Of a stretch of DNA of 35,464 nt, positions 14,896 to 23,027 are shown piece by piece. Numbering within the stretch: the first letter of the stretch is position 1; the number at the start of each line of letters is the position of its first letter. Location: contig MHFM01000009.1 in assembly GCA_001804205.1 (NCBI GenBank), positions 21,730 through 57,193 of the forward strand. The letters are read 5' to 3'. Origin of the DNA: Omnitrophica bacterium RIFCSPLOWO2_01_FULL_45_10b. Its GTDB lineage: Bacteria > Omnitrophota > Omnitrophia > Omnitrophales > Danuiimicrobiaceae. A model generated the notes under the pieces. The model did no database searches. It was not told the origin of the DNA and worked only from the letters and a program-made list of their open reading frames with translations. A program made the position numbers and the translations under genes.

Positions 14896-16006
14896 GACGC
14901 CAACGAAGCTTGGTTACCGAATGCCGGCCGAATGGGAACCCCATGAGGCCACTTGGCTTTCCTGGCCTCACGATTTGGAAACTTGGCCCAAAGAATTGGC
15001 TCAGGTGGAGGATGCTTATCTTGATATCATCGCGCGCATTCATGAAGGGGAGAAAGTTCATGTTCTCGTTGAAAATCAATCCGCCCAAGATTATGTTTCC
15101 AAAAAGTTAAAGCAGAGGTCTTTTGTCAAAAATGTTTTCCTTCATCAAGTTGAAACGGACAGCCCTTGGATTCGCGATTATGGGCCGATTTTTCTTCTTT
15201 CCGAGATTGCTTCAGTCGCTTCGCTCCCTCGCAATGACGTCATTGCGAGCATCCGCCGTCTGGGGTGGCGGAAAGCGAAGCAATCTCGGAAACTCGCTTG
15301 CTCAACTTGGAGGTTTAATGCCTGGGGGCATAAATATAAATCGTTTGAAAAAGATAATCTTATACCTGAAAAAATCGCAGGTTTTACGAAGGCAAAACAA
15401 TTTCCGGTCGACATGGTTTTAGAAAGCGGTTCTATTGATGTCAACGGCCTTGGTTCTTGCCTTGCGACGGAGCAATGCCTTTTGAATCCAAATCGAAATC
15501 CCAGCTTGGGGCGTAACGAAATCGAACAATATCTTGCGGCTTTTTTGGGCATTCGTCATATGATTTGGCTTCACGGAGGGATTGCCGGCGATGATACAGA
15601 CGGACATGTGGATGAGGTGGCGCGCTTTGTTGGCCCCAAAAGCATTGTTTATGCCTCGCCGGAAGATTCCAGTAATGAGAATTTTGATACGCTTCAAAAA
15701 AATTTGAAATGTCTCTGCGATGCTCGGAATCAAAAAGGCGATTGCTTGGAACTTATCCCTTTGCCCATGCCGCGCAAAATTCAAGCGGGTAAAATGGAGT
15801 TGCCGGCGAGTTACGCAAATTTTTATATCGCTAACCAGTCGGTTTTGGTGCCCATTTTTGACGATTCAAATGATACAAAAGCATTGGGAATTTTAAAAGA
15901 CCTGTTTCCAAATCGGAACGTAGTGGGGATTAAAGCGATTCCTTTAATTTACGGACAAGGCACCGTTCATTGCATTACCCAGCAAGAGCCTCTTCATGAA
16001 GCTTAG
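14891..16006 (+). CDS. aguA: agmatine deiminase with in-frame repeat insertion
   Basis: MPAEWEPHEATWLSWPH, WIRDYGPIF, RFNAWGHKY, GGIAGDDTDGHVDEVARF, catalytic GTVHCITQQEP. Start set at MTTPTKLGYRMPAEW. The upstream part of track ORF 14735.. is repeat-derived. Confidence 0.88.
   Translation: MTTPTKLGYRMPAEWEPHEATWLSWPHDLETWPKELAQVEDAYLDIIARIHEGEKVHVLVENQSAQDYVSKKLKQRSFVKNVFLHQVETDSPWIRDYGPIFLLSEIASVASLPRNDVIASIRRLGWRKAKQSRKLACSTWRFNAWGHKYKSFEKDNLIPEKIAGFTKAKQFPVDMVLESGSIDVNGLGSCLATEQCLLNPNRNPSLGRNEIEQYLAAFLGIRHMIWLHGGIAGDDTDGHVDEVARFVGPKSIVYASPEDSSNENFDTLQKNLKCLCDARNQKGDCLELIPLPMPRKIQAGKMELPASYANFYIANQSVLVPIFDDSNDTKALGILKDLFPNRNVVGIKAIPLIYGQGTVHCITQQEPLHEA
15201..15289. repeat. palindromic repeat (same family, arms in permuted order) inside the aguA CDS
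   Basis: GAGATTGCTTCAGTCGCTTCGCTCCCTCGCAATGAC abuts GTCATTGCGAGCATCCGCCGTCTGGGGTGGCGGAAAGCGAAGCAATCTC. The reading frame is kept, giving SEIASVASLPRNDVIASIRRLGWRKAKQSR. Confidence 0.8.
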
Positions 16007-16925
16007 AAAAGTAAGAATCAGAACGATAGAATTTCTTCAATACCTTACCTTTCGTGTGCTTTGTTTTCTTCTCAATTTGATTCCGTTTGATGCGGCCATG
16101 GCATTGGGCCGATGGGGCGGGAGGCTTCTTTATGCTTTTCTTTCGAAATATCGCCGCGTGGCGCTTGAGAACTTGCATTTTGCCTTTGCCGGCGTAAAAA
16201 CCGAAGACGAAATCAAAAAAGTTGCCCTCCAATCTTTTGAAAATTTAGGCTATTTCGCCATTGAACTCATCCGGATTCCGAAAATCGTGAAGGATCTTAA
16301 AAAATACATCAAGATTCAAAATGAAGAAACCGTTTTTAAAGCCCTTGAGCGCGGGAAAGGGGTTATTTTGATTGTTTCTCATTTCGGTAATTGGGAATGG
16401 ATGGGTGTTGCGGCAGGTAAGCGGGTGCGAGAAAAAGGCGTGACCATTAATGCGATTGCGCGTGTGCTTGGGAACCTTTTTCTGTACCGCTATGCGGTCA
16501 AGAAACTGCGCGGGGCAACGGGGCTTAGAACGGTTGATAAAAAAGGGGCTGCGCGCGAGGCGGTGAAACTTCTTGAGCAGAATGAAATCGTCTGCGTTTT
16601 AATCGATCAGCATGAACGTTACGGAAGCGTTCCGGTTCCTTATTTCGGGCGCGATGCCTGGACCACAAGCCTGCCCGCCGTAATGGCTTTGAAGAAAGGC
16701 GCCGCCGTTATCCCCGTTTTTTCTTTCCGAGAAAAAGGGAAGCCAACCATTGTGAAATTAGGCGAAGCCTTTCGAGCGATTGAGACCGGTGATTATGAGC
16801 GCGATGTGATTGCCAATACGGCTCAATATGTTAAAGCCATTGAAGAAGTGGTCCGCAAACGCCCCGCCGATTGGCTTTGGATGCATGCGCGCTGGCGTTC
16901 CTCACGAACAGAAAAATTAAGATGA
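15996..16925 (+). CDS. lysophospholipid/lipid A biosynthesis acyltransferase (LpxL/HtrB family)
   Basis: 309 aa. N-terminal membrane segment, VSHFGNWEW active-site motif, overall LpxL-like layout. Overlaps the aguA end by 11 nt. Confidence 0.8.
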   Translation: MKLRKVRIRTIEFLQYLTFRVLCFLLNLIPFDAAMALGRWGGRLLYAFLSKYRRVALENLHFAFAGVKTEDEIKKVALQSFENLGYFAIELIRIPKIVKDLKKYIKIQNEETVFKALERGKGVILIVSHFGNWEWMGVAAGKRVREKGVTINAIARVLGNLFLYRYAVKKLRGATGLRTVDKKGAAREAVKLLEQNEIVCVLIDQHERYGSVPVPYFGRDAWTTSLPAVMALKKGAAVIPVFSFREKGKPTIVKLGEAFRAIETGDYERDVIANTAQYVKAIEEVVRKRPADWLWMHARWRSSRTEKLR

Positions 16926-17644
16926 GACTCCAGAGTTTTTTATCACAAGCCGGAATTGCAAGCCGCCGGAGCGTTGTCCAGGAATTGGAAGCGGGCAAAA
17001 TAAAAGTCAATGGGGAAGTCGTTCGAATTCCTTCATATCCTATTTTTCCCGGAAAAGATCGCGTTACTTATTTAGACCGGGAAATAGGAATTTCTACGAA
17101 CAAGCTTTATTTTTTATTTCATAAGCCCAAGGGCGTCATCACGACGGCAAAAGATACACACGGCCGAAAAACAGTTTTGGATTATTTCAAAGAGGTCAAA
17201 GAAAGGCTTTATCCGGTCGGCCGTCTCGATCAAGATACGACCGGGCTTTTGCTTTTAACAAATGATGGGGATCTCGCGCATAAACTTTCACATCCTCGTT
17301 ATGGAGTTGAAAAAGTTTATGAGGCGGTTTTGGACAAAGAGATTTCTAAAACTGAAATAGAACAATTACAAAAAGGAGTTTTAATTGAAGGTGAGCAAAC
17401 GGCCCCGTGCCGAATTAAACTAATCAGTACGCAAGAGAAGCAAAGTAAGGTTGAAATTATACTTCATGAAGGCCGAAAGCGGCAAATTCGAGTCATGTTT
17501 CAATCGATTGGAATTCGCGTCATTGATTTGCATCGGAAGCAGTACGGGCCTTTAATCTTAAAAGGGCTTCCGCCGGGAAAGAAACGGCCGCTTCATGCCG
17601 ATGAATTAAAGACGCTTCAGAAAGCCATTTCAAACAAAAATTAG
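16922..17644 (+). CDS. pseudouridine synthase, RsuA/RluB family
   Basis: S4 domain MRLQSFLSQAGIASRRS...I..G.IKVNG, catalytic GRLDQDTTGLLLLTNDG, and EGRKRQIR. The ATG overlaps the upstream stop (ATGA). Confidence 0.9.
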   Translation: MRLQSFLSQAGIASRRSVVQELEAGKIKVNGEVVRIPSYPIFPGKDRVTYLDREIGISTNKLYFLFHKPKGVITTAKDTHGRKTVLDYFKEVKERLYPVGRLDQDTTGLLLLTNDGDLAHKLSHPRYGVEKVYEAVLDKEISKTEIEQLQKGVLIEGEQTAPCRIKLISTQEKQSKVEIILHEGRKRQIRVMFQSIGIRVIDLHRKQYGPLILKGLPPGKKRPLHADELKTLQKAISNKN

Positions 17645-17653
17645 GAGGATGAA

Positions 17654-18139
17654 GTGCCTGAGAAAAAAGTCTCTGAATCTCGAACGGAAATGAGCCAGTT
17701 GATGATGCCGCAGCATGCCAATATTGCCGGCACGGTTTACGGCGGCGTTATTCTTTCAATTGCAGATGGTGTGGCCTATGTTTGTGCGGCCCGCCATGCT
17801 GGTCCTAATTGTGTTACTGTTTCAGTCGACCAAGTTGATTTCAGAGAGCCTATCCGAATTGGTGAGCTCGTGAACTTTAAGGCATCCATCAATTATGTGG
17901 GCCGCACCTCGATGGAAGTTGGAATTCGAATTGAAGCAGAGAATTTAAAGACAGGCAAAAAACGACATACCAATTCCTGCTATTTCACGATGGTTTCATT
18001 GGATGAATCAGGAAAACCAACTCCCGTACCGCGTTTGATTTGCGAAACTCAGGTTGAAAAGAAAAGATGTAAAGAAGGCCAAATCCGCCGCGAACACGCC
18101 CGCGAACTCGCCGAGAAACGCAAACAAGCCGGGCTTTAA
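17654..18139 (+). CDS. acyl-CoA thioesterase (hotdog fold, YciA-like)
   Basis: GTG start 6 nt after AGGAGGA. MPQHANIAGTVYGGVILSIAD and VSVDQVDFREPIRIGELV are typical of the family. Confidence 0.85.
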   Translation: MPEKKVSESRTEMSQLMMPQHANIAGTVYGGVILSIADGVAYVCAARHAGPNCVTVSVDQVDFREPIRIGELVNFKASINYVGRTSMEVGIRIEAENLKTGKKRHTNSCYFTMVSLDESGKPTPVPRLICETQVEKKRCKEGQIRREHARELAEKRKQAGL

Positions 18140-18145
18140 TATTAA

Positions 18146-18523
18146 TTAATTCGAATACGAAACGTAGGCTTCGGGGCCTTCCCACACAACGACTTCAGAT
18201 AACTCCGAGTTTTGCCTGACGGCAGGTTTGTTTAATTCCCCAAAAAACCATTTGGCGATATTTTCAGAGGTGGGATTGATTTTATCGAAAGGTGAGACTT
18301 CATTGATGTAGCGATGATCGAACCGCGCGGCTAATTCGCGAATTGCTTTTTCAACGTGGACGTAATCAACTCCGATATCTTCGTGGTCCAGTTTCGCGCA
18401 TTTAAACTTCGCCTCCACCTTCCATGAATGGCCGTGCAAAGGTTCCGGCGCCCCTTTATATTCTCTTAAATTATGAGCCGCTTCAAAGCGGGCTTCGACG
18501 CGTATAATAAACTGTTCTGCCAT
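18146..18523 (-). CDS. queD: 6-carboxy-5,6,7,8-tetrahydropterin synthase
   Basis: 125 aa. FEAAHNL and LHGHSWKVE zinc/catalytic motifs, with a PTSENIAKW C-terminal region. Confidence 0.9.
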   Translation of the reverse strand: MAEQFIIRVEARFEAAHNLREYKGAPEPLHGHSWKVEAKFKCAKLDHEDIGVDYVHVEKAIRELAARFDHRYINEVSPFDKINPTSENIAKWFFGELNKPAVRQNSELSEVVVWEGPEAYVSYSN

Positions 18524-18566
18524 AAGATTTTCCTTTTGCAGCCTCCCTAGACAAATAAGAACACGT

Positions 18567-18595
18567 ATTGTATAGTATCACCTTCTTCTCTTCAA
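18567..18595 (-). promoter_or_regulatory. sigma70-type promoter candidate for queD
   Basis: Minus strand: TTGAAG (18595..18590), a 17-nt spacer, TACAAT (18572..18567). Confidence 0.4.
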
Positions 18596-18653
18596 TATGA
18601 GTCCGCCCCCATTGGTTCGGACAATTCAGCGCAATTGTGAAAGGAGTTAAGTG

Positions 18654-18977
18654 ATGTCAGAAGCTGTATTTACAGATGGCAATTTTAAGTCTGAAGTTTT
18701 GGATTCAAAGATACCGGTTCTCGTTGATTTCTGGGCCGAATGGTGCGCTCCCTGCCGAATGGTGGCACCCATCGTTGAAAAGCTCGCCAAAGAGTACGCT
18801 GGAAAATTAAAAGTCGGCAAAATCAATGTAGATGATAACTCCCAAACGCCAACGCAGTACGGGGTTCAAGGGATTCCTACTTTAATTTTCTTTAAAGGCG
18901 GCCAAGTAGCCAAGCAAGTGGTTGGATTTCAGCCGGAACAAAAACTGAAAAGCGTCATTGACGAGCTTTTAGAATAA
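18654..18977 (+). CDS. trxA: thioredoxin
   Basis: AAGGAG SD. 107 aa. Active site WAEWCAPCR (CAPC variant of CGPC), [11 protein letters not shown]. Confidence 0.92.
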   Translation: MSEAVFTDGNFKSEVLDSKIPVLVDFWAEWCAPCRMVAPIVEKLAKEYAGKLKVGKINVDDNSQTPTQYGVQGIPTLIFFKGGQVAKQVVGFQPEQKLKSVIDELLE

Positions 18978-18992
18978 TTTTCGTTTGGGAAT

Positions 18993-19877
18993 ATGGAAAA
19001 AGTAATGGAATATCAATTGCCGGTGTTGGGAACCAACGGATTTCCGCTCCAAGATGCCGCTGTGTACGGCCCGATTCATTCGCGCCGTTACGGTCACTCG
19101 CTCGGAATTAATCCGCTTCCCGTGTCTTATAAGTTTTGCGATTTTGATTGCGTGTACTGTCAATATGGCTGGACACCTCGGACTTTGACGCGGTCGGCGG
19201 CAAAGACTGAGGAGTCCTCAGCCCCGACCGGGCTGAGGGCGCCGCGTCCCGGCAATTCAGTTCAGAAAACAGATGAAAAATTAAAACGCCTTCCTGATCT
19301 TCTTTCTGAAATCAAAGTGTCGTTTCAAAAAATGATTGCCGAAAAAACTCCGGTTGATGTCATTACAATTGCAGGCAACGGCGAACCAACCATTTATCCT
19401 CAATTTTTGGAATTCGTGAAAGGGCTTTTAAAACTACGCGATGAGTACTATCCGGGCGTGAACATCGGAATTTTATCGGATGCTTCCCAGTGCCACCGGC
19501 CTGAAATTAAAGAGGCACTTGAACTGCTTGATGAACGCTGCATGAAATTGGACGGCGGGGACCCCGAAACAATCCGGGCCATCAATAAGCCCACACACGG
19601 GTTTGATTTTTCGCGAATGCTCAAGGCCTTAAAAGAATTGCGCGAGATTACCATTCAAAGTTTGTTTGTGCAGGGAAGTTGCGATAATACCAATCCCCGC
19701 CAAGTCGAGCACTGGGCGGAAGAAATTAGTTTTATCCGGCCTCAGGCTGTGCAAGTTTATACCATTGACCGGCCGCCGGCAGACAGCGGAATTGAAGCAG
19801 TGCCAATGGTGCGGCTTCGCGAAATTGCCAAGTTTTGCAAAAAAATGACGGGCATTACCGCAGAAGTATTTGATTAA
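18993..19877 (+). CDS. radical SAM protein (COG0731-like) with a GC-rich in-frame palindromic insert
   Basis: GPIHSRRYGHSLGINPLP..KFCDFDCVYCQYG (CxxxCxxC cluster motif) and ITIAGNGEPT. The start could be ATG 18993 or ATG 19005. Confidence 0.75.
   Translation: MEKVMEYQLPVLGTNGFPLQDAAVYGPIHSRRYGHSLGINPLPVSYKFCDFDCVYCQYGWTPRTLTRSAAKTEESSAPTGLRAPRPGNSVQKTDEKLKRLPDLLSEIKVSFQKMIAEKTPVDVITIAGNGEPTIYPQFLEFVKGLLKLRDEYYPGVNIGILSDASQCHRPEIKEALELLDERCMKLDGGDPETIRAINKPTHGFDFSRMLKALKELREITIQSLFVQGSCDNTNPRQVEHWAEEISFIRPQAVQVYTIDRPPADSGIEAVPMVRLREIAKFCKKMTGITAEVFD
19188..19247. repeat. 60-nt GC-rich palindromic block inside the radical SAM CDS
   Basis: ACGCGG (19188..19193) pairs with CCGCGT (19242..19247). 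Inner stem CCTCAGCCC (19216..19224) / GGGCTGAGG (19230..19238), plus CTGAGGA-g-TCCTCAG (19207..19221). It is exactly 20 codons. Confidence 0.5.
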
Positions 19878-19914
19878 TTATGACGACAATGACGGTATTA
19901 AGGAGATTTGAGAA

Positions 19915-20970
19915 ATGAGCATTAAGATGACTGAAGGAAAATTTAAAGGACTTATGGCTTTATCCAATTCAAAAGGAGTAATTGCCGCTGCCGCAATGGA
20001 TCAACGGGGATCGCTTCAAAAATCAATTGCAAAGGCAAGAGGCGTGGATTCAAAAGAAATTACGCGCGCTCAAATGGAAGAATTCAAGGTCGTGGTTTCT
20101 AAAGTTCTTACCCCTCATGCCACCGCCATTTTACTGGATCCGGAATTTGGACTTCCGGCGGTTAAAGTGCGTGCGAAAAACGCGGGCGTTCTGCTGGCTT
20201 ATGAAAAAACAGGTTACGATGCCGATAAACCCGGCCGTTTGCCTGATCTCTTGGATCATGAATCCGTAGCGCGGCTTAAGGAGAAAGGAGCGGACGCCAT
20301 TAAAATTCTTTTGTATTATTCGCCGGATGAGAAAAAAGAAATTAATGAACATAAACACGCTTGGACGGAACGGATCGGCGCTGAATGTCTTGCGCATGAC
20401 ATCCCGTTTTTTTTAGAATTTATTGGTTACGATCCGGCCGGCGGCGATGAAAAGGGAATCGAATACGCGAAGCGCAAACCCCATATTGTGACCGAAAGCA
20501 TGCGGGAATTTTCTAAGCCTCAATATCTAGTGGATGTGCTCAAAGTCGAAATTCCGGTCAATATGGCTTTTGTTGAGGGCTCAAAGGCCAATAAAACAGG
20601 ACAAGTAGCTTACACGCGCGAAGAAGCAAAGAAATTATTTCGAAAAGCCGCTGACGTTGCGACGAAACCCTTCATTTATTTAAGCGCCGGCGTGGATGAT
20701 GATGTATTTCGCGAAAGCCTTGAACTCGCCATTGAAGCCGGGACCAATTGGGCCGGCGTTTTGTGCGGCCGCGCCACATGGAAAGAAGGAATTCCTGTTT
20801 ACGGAAAAGAAGGCATTCAAGCGCTTGAGAAATGGCTTCTCGACCGTGGAGTAAAAAATATTCAAGCCCTAAACCAAGTAATTAATCGCGGCGCTCATGC
20901 ATGGTGGGATAAATTTGGCGGGCGGGATCAAATTCAAGTTGTTAATCGCAAGGAGACCGTCCTTGTCTAA
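19915..20970 (+). CDS. lacD: class I aldolase, LacD family (tagatose-1,6-bisphosphate aldolase-like)
   Basis: AAGGAG SD. AMDQRGSL, ILLDPEFGLPA, LLAYEKTGYD, DIPFFLEF, VLKVEIPVNM, IYLSAGV and VLCGRATW all parallel LacD. Confidence 0.82.
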   Translation: MSIKMTEGKFKGLMALSNSKGVIAAAAMDQRGSLQKSIAKARGVDSKEITRAQMEEFKVVVSKVLTPHATAILLDPEFGLPAVKVRAKNAGVLLAYEKTGYDADKPGRLPDLLDHESVARLKEKGADAIKILLYYSPDEKKEINEHKHAWTERIGAECLAHDIPFFLEFIGYDPAGGDEKGIEYAKRKPHIVTESMREFSKPQYLVDVLKVEIPVNMAFVEGSKANKTGQVAYTREEAKKLFRKAADVATKPFIYLSAGVDDDVFRESLELAIEAGTNWAGVLCGRATWKEGIPVYGKEGIQALEKWLLDRGVKNIQALNQVINRGAHAWWDKFGGRDQIQVVNRKETVLV

Positions 20971-20974
20971 AAAT

Positions 20975-21106
20975 GTCATTGCGAGCGAAGCGAAGCAATC
21001 TGATACGAAATGTCATCCTGAACGAAGTGAAGGATCTCAGAGATTCTTCGCTGCGCTCAGAATGACAGGACGGGATTGCTTCGTCGCTTACGCTCCTCGC
21101 AATGAC
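20975..21106. repeat. nested palindromic repeats: a GTCATCCTGA/GAATGAC-family element inside a GTCATTGCGAGC-family element
   Basis: Outer arms 20975..21000 (GTCATTGCGAGCGAAGCGAAGCAATC) and 21074..21106 (GATTGCTTCGTCGCTTACGCTCCTCGCAATGAC). Inner element 21012..21066 (GTCATCCTGAACGAAGTGAAGGATCTC-aga-GATTCTTCGCTGCGCTCAGAATGAC). Confidence 0.85.
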
Positions 21107-21114
21107 GAAAGGTT

Positions 21115-22077
21115 ATGAACAAACGCAAGCTCGGCAAAACTGGACTTGAAGTTTCCGAGCTTGGGTTTGGCTGTTGGGCGATCGGGGGCACCAGTTACGG
21201 CGCCACCGATGACAAAGAATCTCTAAGAGCTCTGGCTTATGCGTTTGACCAGGGCATTAATTTTTTTGATACGGCCGATACCTACGGCCATGGGCATAGC
21301 GAAGAGTTAATTGCAGAAGTTTTTAAAGGTTCAAGGCGCCAGCAGGTTATAATCGCTTCCAAGGCCGGATGGGATTTTTATCATGGTGGAAGCAAAAAGA
21401 ATTTTGATCCGGAATATATCCGTTTTGCTTGCGGCGAGTCGTTAAGGCGCCTGAAAACAGATTATATTGATCTTTATCAGCTTCATAATCCAAAGCTTGA
21501 GATGATTCAAGACGCGAGCGTATTTAGCGTGCTTGATCAACTCAAAAAAGAGGGAAAAATACGCCATGCCGGGATTTCGATTCATTTGGGCAAGGAAGGC
21601 ATCGCAGCAATTCAAAATAAATCGCCGGAAACAATCCAAGCCATTTATAATTTACTCGATCAAAGAATTCGAACGGAATTAATGCCTCTTTGCGAAGAAC
21701 ACAATATCGGACTTATTGCCCGTGAGCCGCTTTATTGCGGGCTTCTCACGGGTAAATATACGGCCGAAAGTCATTTTTCGAAAGATGACCATCGGAACCG
21801 TTGGATGAAGGATAAATATTTGACGGATCTTGAGAAAATTGAACAAATTAAAACCGCCTTTGATACAAATAAAGTTTCGTTGAAACAGGCCGCCATTGAA
21901 TTTGTGTTGGCGGAACAAGCAGTTTCTGCGGTGATTCCGGGAATCAAAACGGTGGCGCATGTAGACGATCATTTGCGTGCGGTGCGGACGCCAAAATTAA
22001 CTTTTGATGAGCTCCGCAGCATGCAAAAGATTTATGAAGAAACAGAATTATTTCAAACCGGTTTTTTTAGAAACTAA
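21115..22077 (+). CDS. aldo/keto reductase
   Basis: LGFGCWAIGG, FDTADTYGHGHSEE, IDLYQLH. 320 aa. Confidence 0.9.
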   Translation: MNKRKLGKTGLEVSELGFGCWAIGGTSYGATDDKESLRALAYAFDQGINFFDTADTYGHGHSEELIAEVFKGSRRQQVIIASKAGWDFYHGGSKKNFDPEYIRFACGESLRRLKTDYIDLYQLHNPKLEMIQDASVFSVLDQLKKEGKIRHAGISIHLGKEGIAAIQNKSPETIQAIYNLLDQRIRTELMPLCEEHNIGLIAREPLYCGLLTGKYTAESHFSKDDHRNRWMKDKYLTDLEKIEQIKTAFDTNKVSLKQAAIEFVLAEQAVSAVIPGIKTVAHVDDHLRAVRTPKLTFDELRSMQKIYEETELFQTGFFRN

Positions 22078-22098
22078 GGAACGGGAGAGGGGGCGCAT

Positions 22099-22536
22099 GT
22101 GAGTAAATTTTTAATCAAGAAAGTAGGTCGAGTTTCCTTCGCTTTTTTTATGTTTGGTGTTATCAGTTCTTCTTTGGCTTTCGCCGAGTTGGAATCGCAA
22201 GGTACCAAAAGCGGAAAAATTGATCCTAAGGAGATTCAAGAAGCGTTGACGGAAGCGGGATTTTATCATGGCGCTATTGACGGGGTCATTGGTTCTAAGA
22301 CGAAGGCCGCTATTCGAAGTTTTCAAACCAAGCAGGGCCTGGTTGTCGATGGAGTTTGCGGCCCTAAGACCTGGGAAAAACTGAAAGCATATTTGGAAGA
22401 AGCTACCGAGATGGATGCCGCTGCCGAATCTTCAACCCTTGCTTTGGAGGAGACTGTAGAGACGAGTTCTCAGCTCGACACAGAATTGTCGCCAGAGCCT
22501 GAGCCGGAGAATCTTAAGCAGAAATTGGTTTCGTGA
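22099..22536 (+). CDS. secreted peptidoglycan-binding domain protein (PG_binding_1)
   Basis: GTG start, signal peptide, LTEAGFYHGAIDGVIGSKTKAAIRSFQTKQGLVVDGVCGPKTWEKL, acidic tail. Confidence 0.8.
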   Translation: MSKFLIKKVGRVSFAFFMFGVISSSLAFAELESQGTKSGKIDPKEIQEALTEAGFYHGAIDGVIGSKTKAAIRSFQTKQGLVVDGVCGPKTWEKLKAYLEEATEMDAAAESSTLALEETVETSSQLDTELSPEPEPENLKQKLVS

Positions 22537-23027
22537 AACAACGGGTAAACCCCGTTAGAGATGTCATCTCTAACGGGGTAAAATCGCGCCACACTCAACG
22601 CCAGGTTTCAGCGGGCGGGGTTACTTTTAAGAAATTAAGTTCAAGCATTCGGATTTGTCTTATCGGCCGTCGCAATCTAAAAGATCAGATGATCTGGTGC
22701 TTGCCAAAGGGACATATTGAAAAGGGCGAGACATTTAAACGCGCCGCGCTCCGGGAAGTACGGGAAGAAACGGGAATCTCTGGAACCATTCTTTCGGGGC
22801 TTGGGTCTATCCGATATTCATTTTTTGATTTGGAAGATAAGAGAAAGATATTTAAAACGGTTCACTTTTTTCTCATCCAGTATGTCAAAGGAAAGTTGAG
22901 CGATCATGATGATGAAGTTGAGTACGCCCGATGGTTTGCTTTTGAAAAAGCGATTCGTTTGATGAGCTATGAAGGTGAACGCAACGTATTCAAACGGGCC
23001 ATCAAGAAAATCCGCTTATTGAAATGA
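22533..23027 (+). CDS. NUDIX hydrolase
   Basis: Nudix box GHIEKGETFKRAALREVREETGI. The only in-frame start upstream of the fold is GTG 22533 (GTGA overlap with the previous stop), so codons 6-16 run through a 31-nt hairpin repeat. Confidence 0.8.
   Translation: MKQRVNPVRDVISNGVKSRHTQRQVSAGGVTFKKLSSSIRICLIGRRNLKDQMIWCLPKGHIEKGETFKRAALREVREETGISGTILSGLGSIRYSFFDLEDKRKIFKTVHFFLIQYVKGKLSDHDDEVEYARWFAFEKAIRLMSYEGERNVFKRAIKKIRLLK
22549..22579. repeat. tight hairpin made of the same arms as the 1175..1296 element
   Basis: ACCCCGTTAGAGAT-gtc-ATCTCTAACGGGGT (14-bp stem, 3-nt loop), flanked by TAAA on both sides as at the other locus. Confidence 0.75.

Noticed and set aside
18524-18653. preQ1 riboswitch upstream of queD
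   Set aside because: The minus-strand leader lacks the P1 stem plus the C-rich loop and A-rich tail arrangement of preQ1-I/II/III. Only a promoter-like TTGAAG-N17-TACAAT and an SD are visible.
6216-21106. Whether the recurring GTCATTGCGAGC...GAAGCAATC repeats form a CRISPR array
   Set aside because: The copies are kilobases apart and occur as inverted pairs rather than direct repeats with uniform spacers. They sit inside genes, and no cas genes are present.
20897-21118. 73-aa track ORF (…VIASEAKQSDTKCHPERSEGSQRFFAALRMTGRDCFVAYAPRNDERL)
   Set aside because: It is entirely the translation of the nested palindromic repeats at 20975..21106. It has no SD and overlaps the lacD 3' end. It is a repeat-derived artefact rather than a gene.
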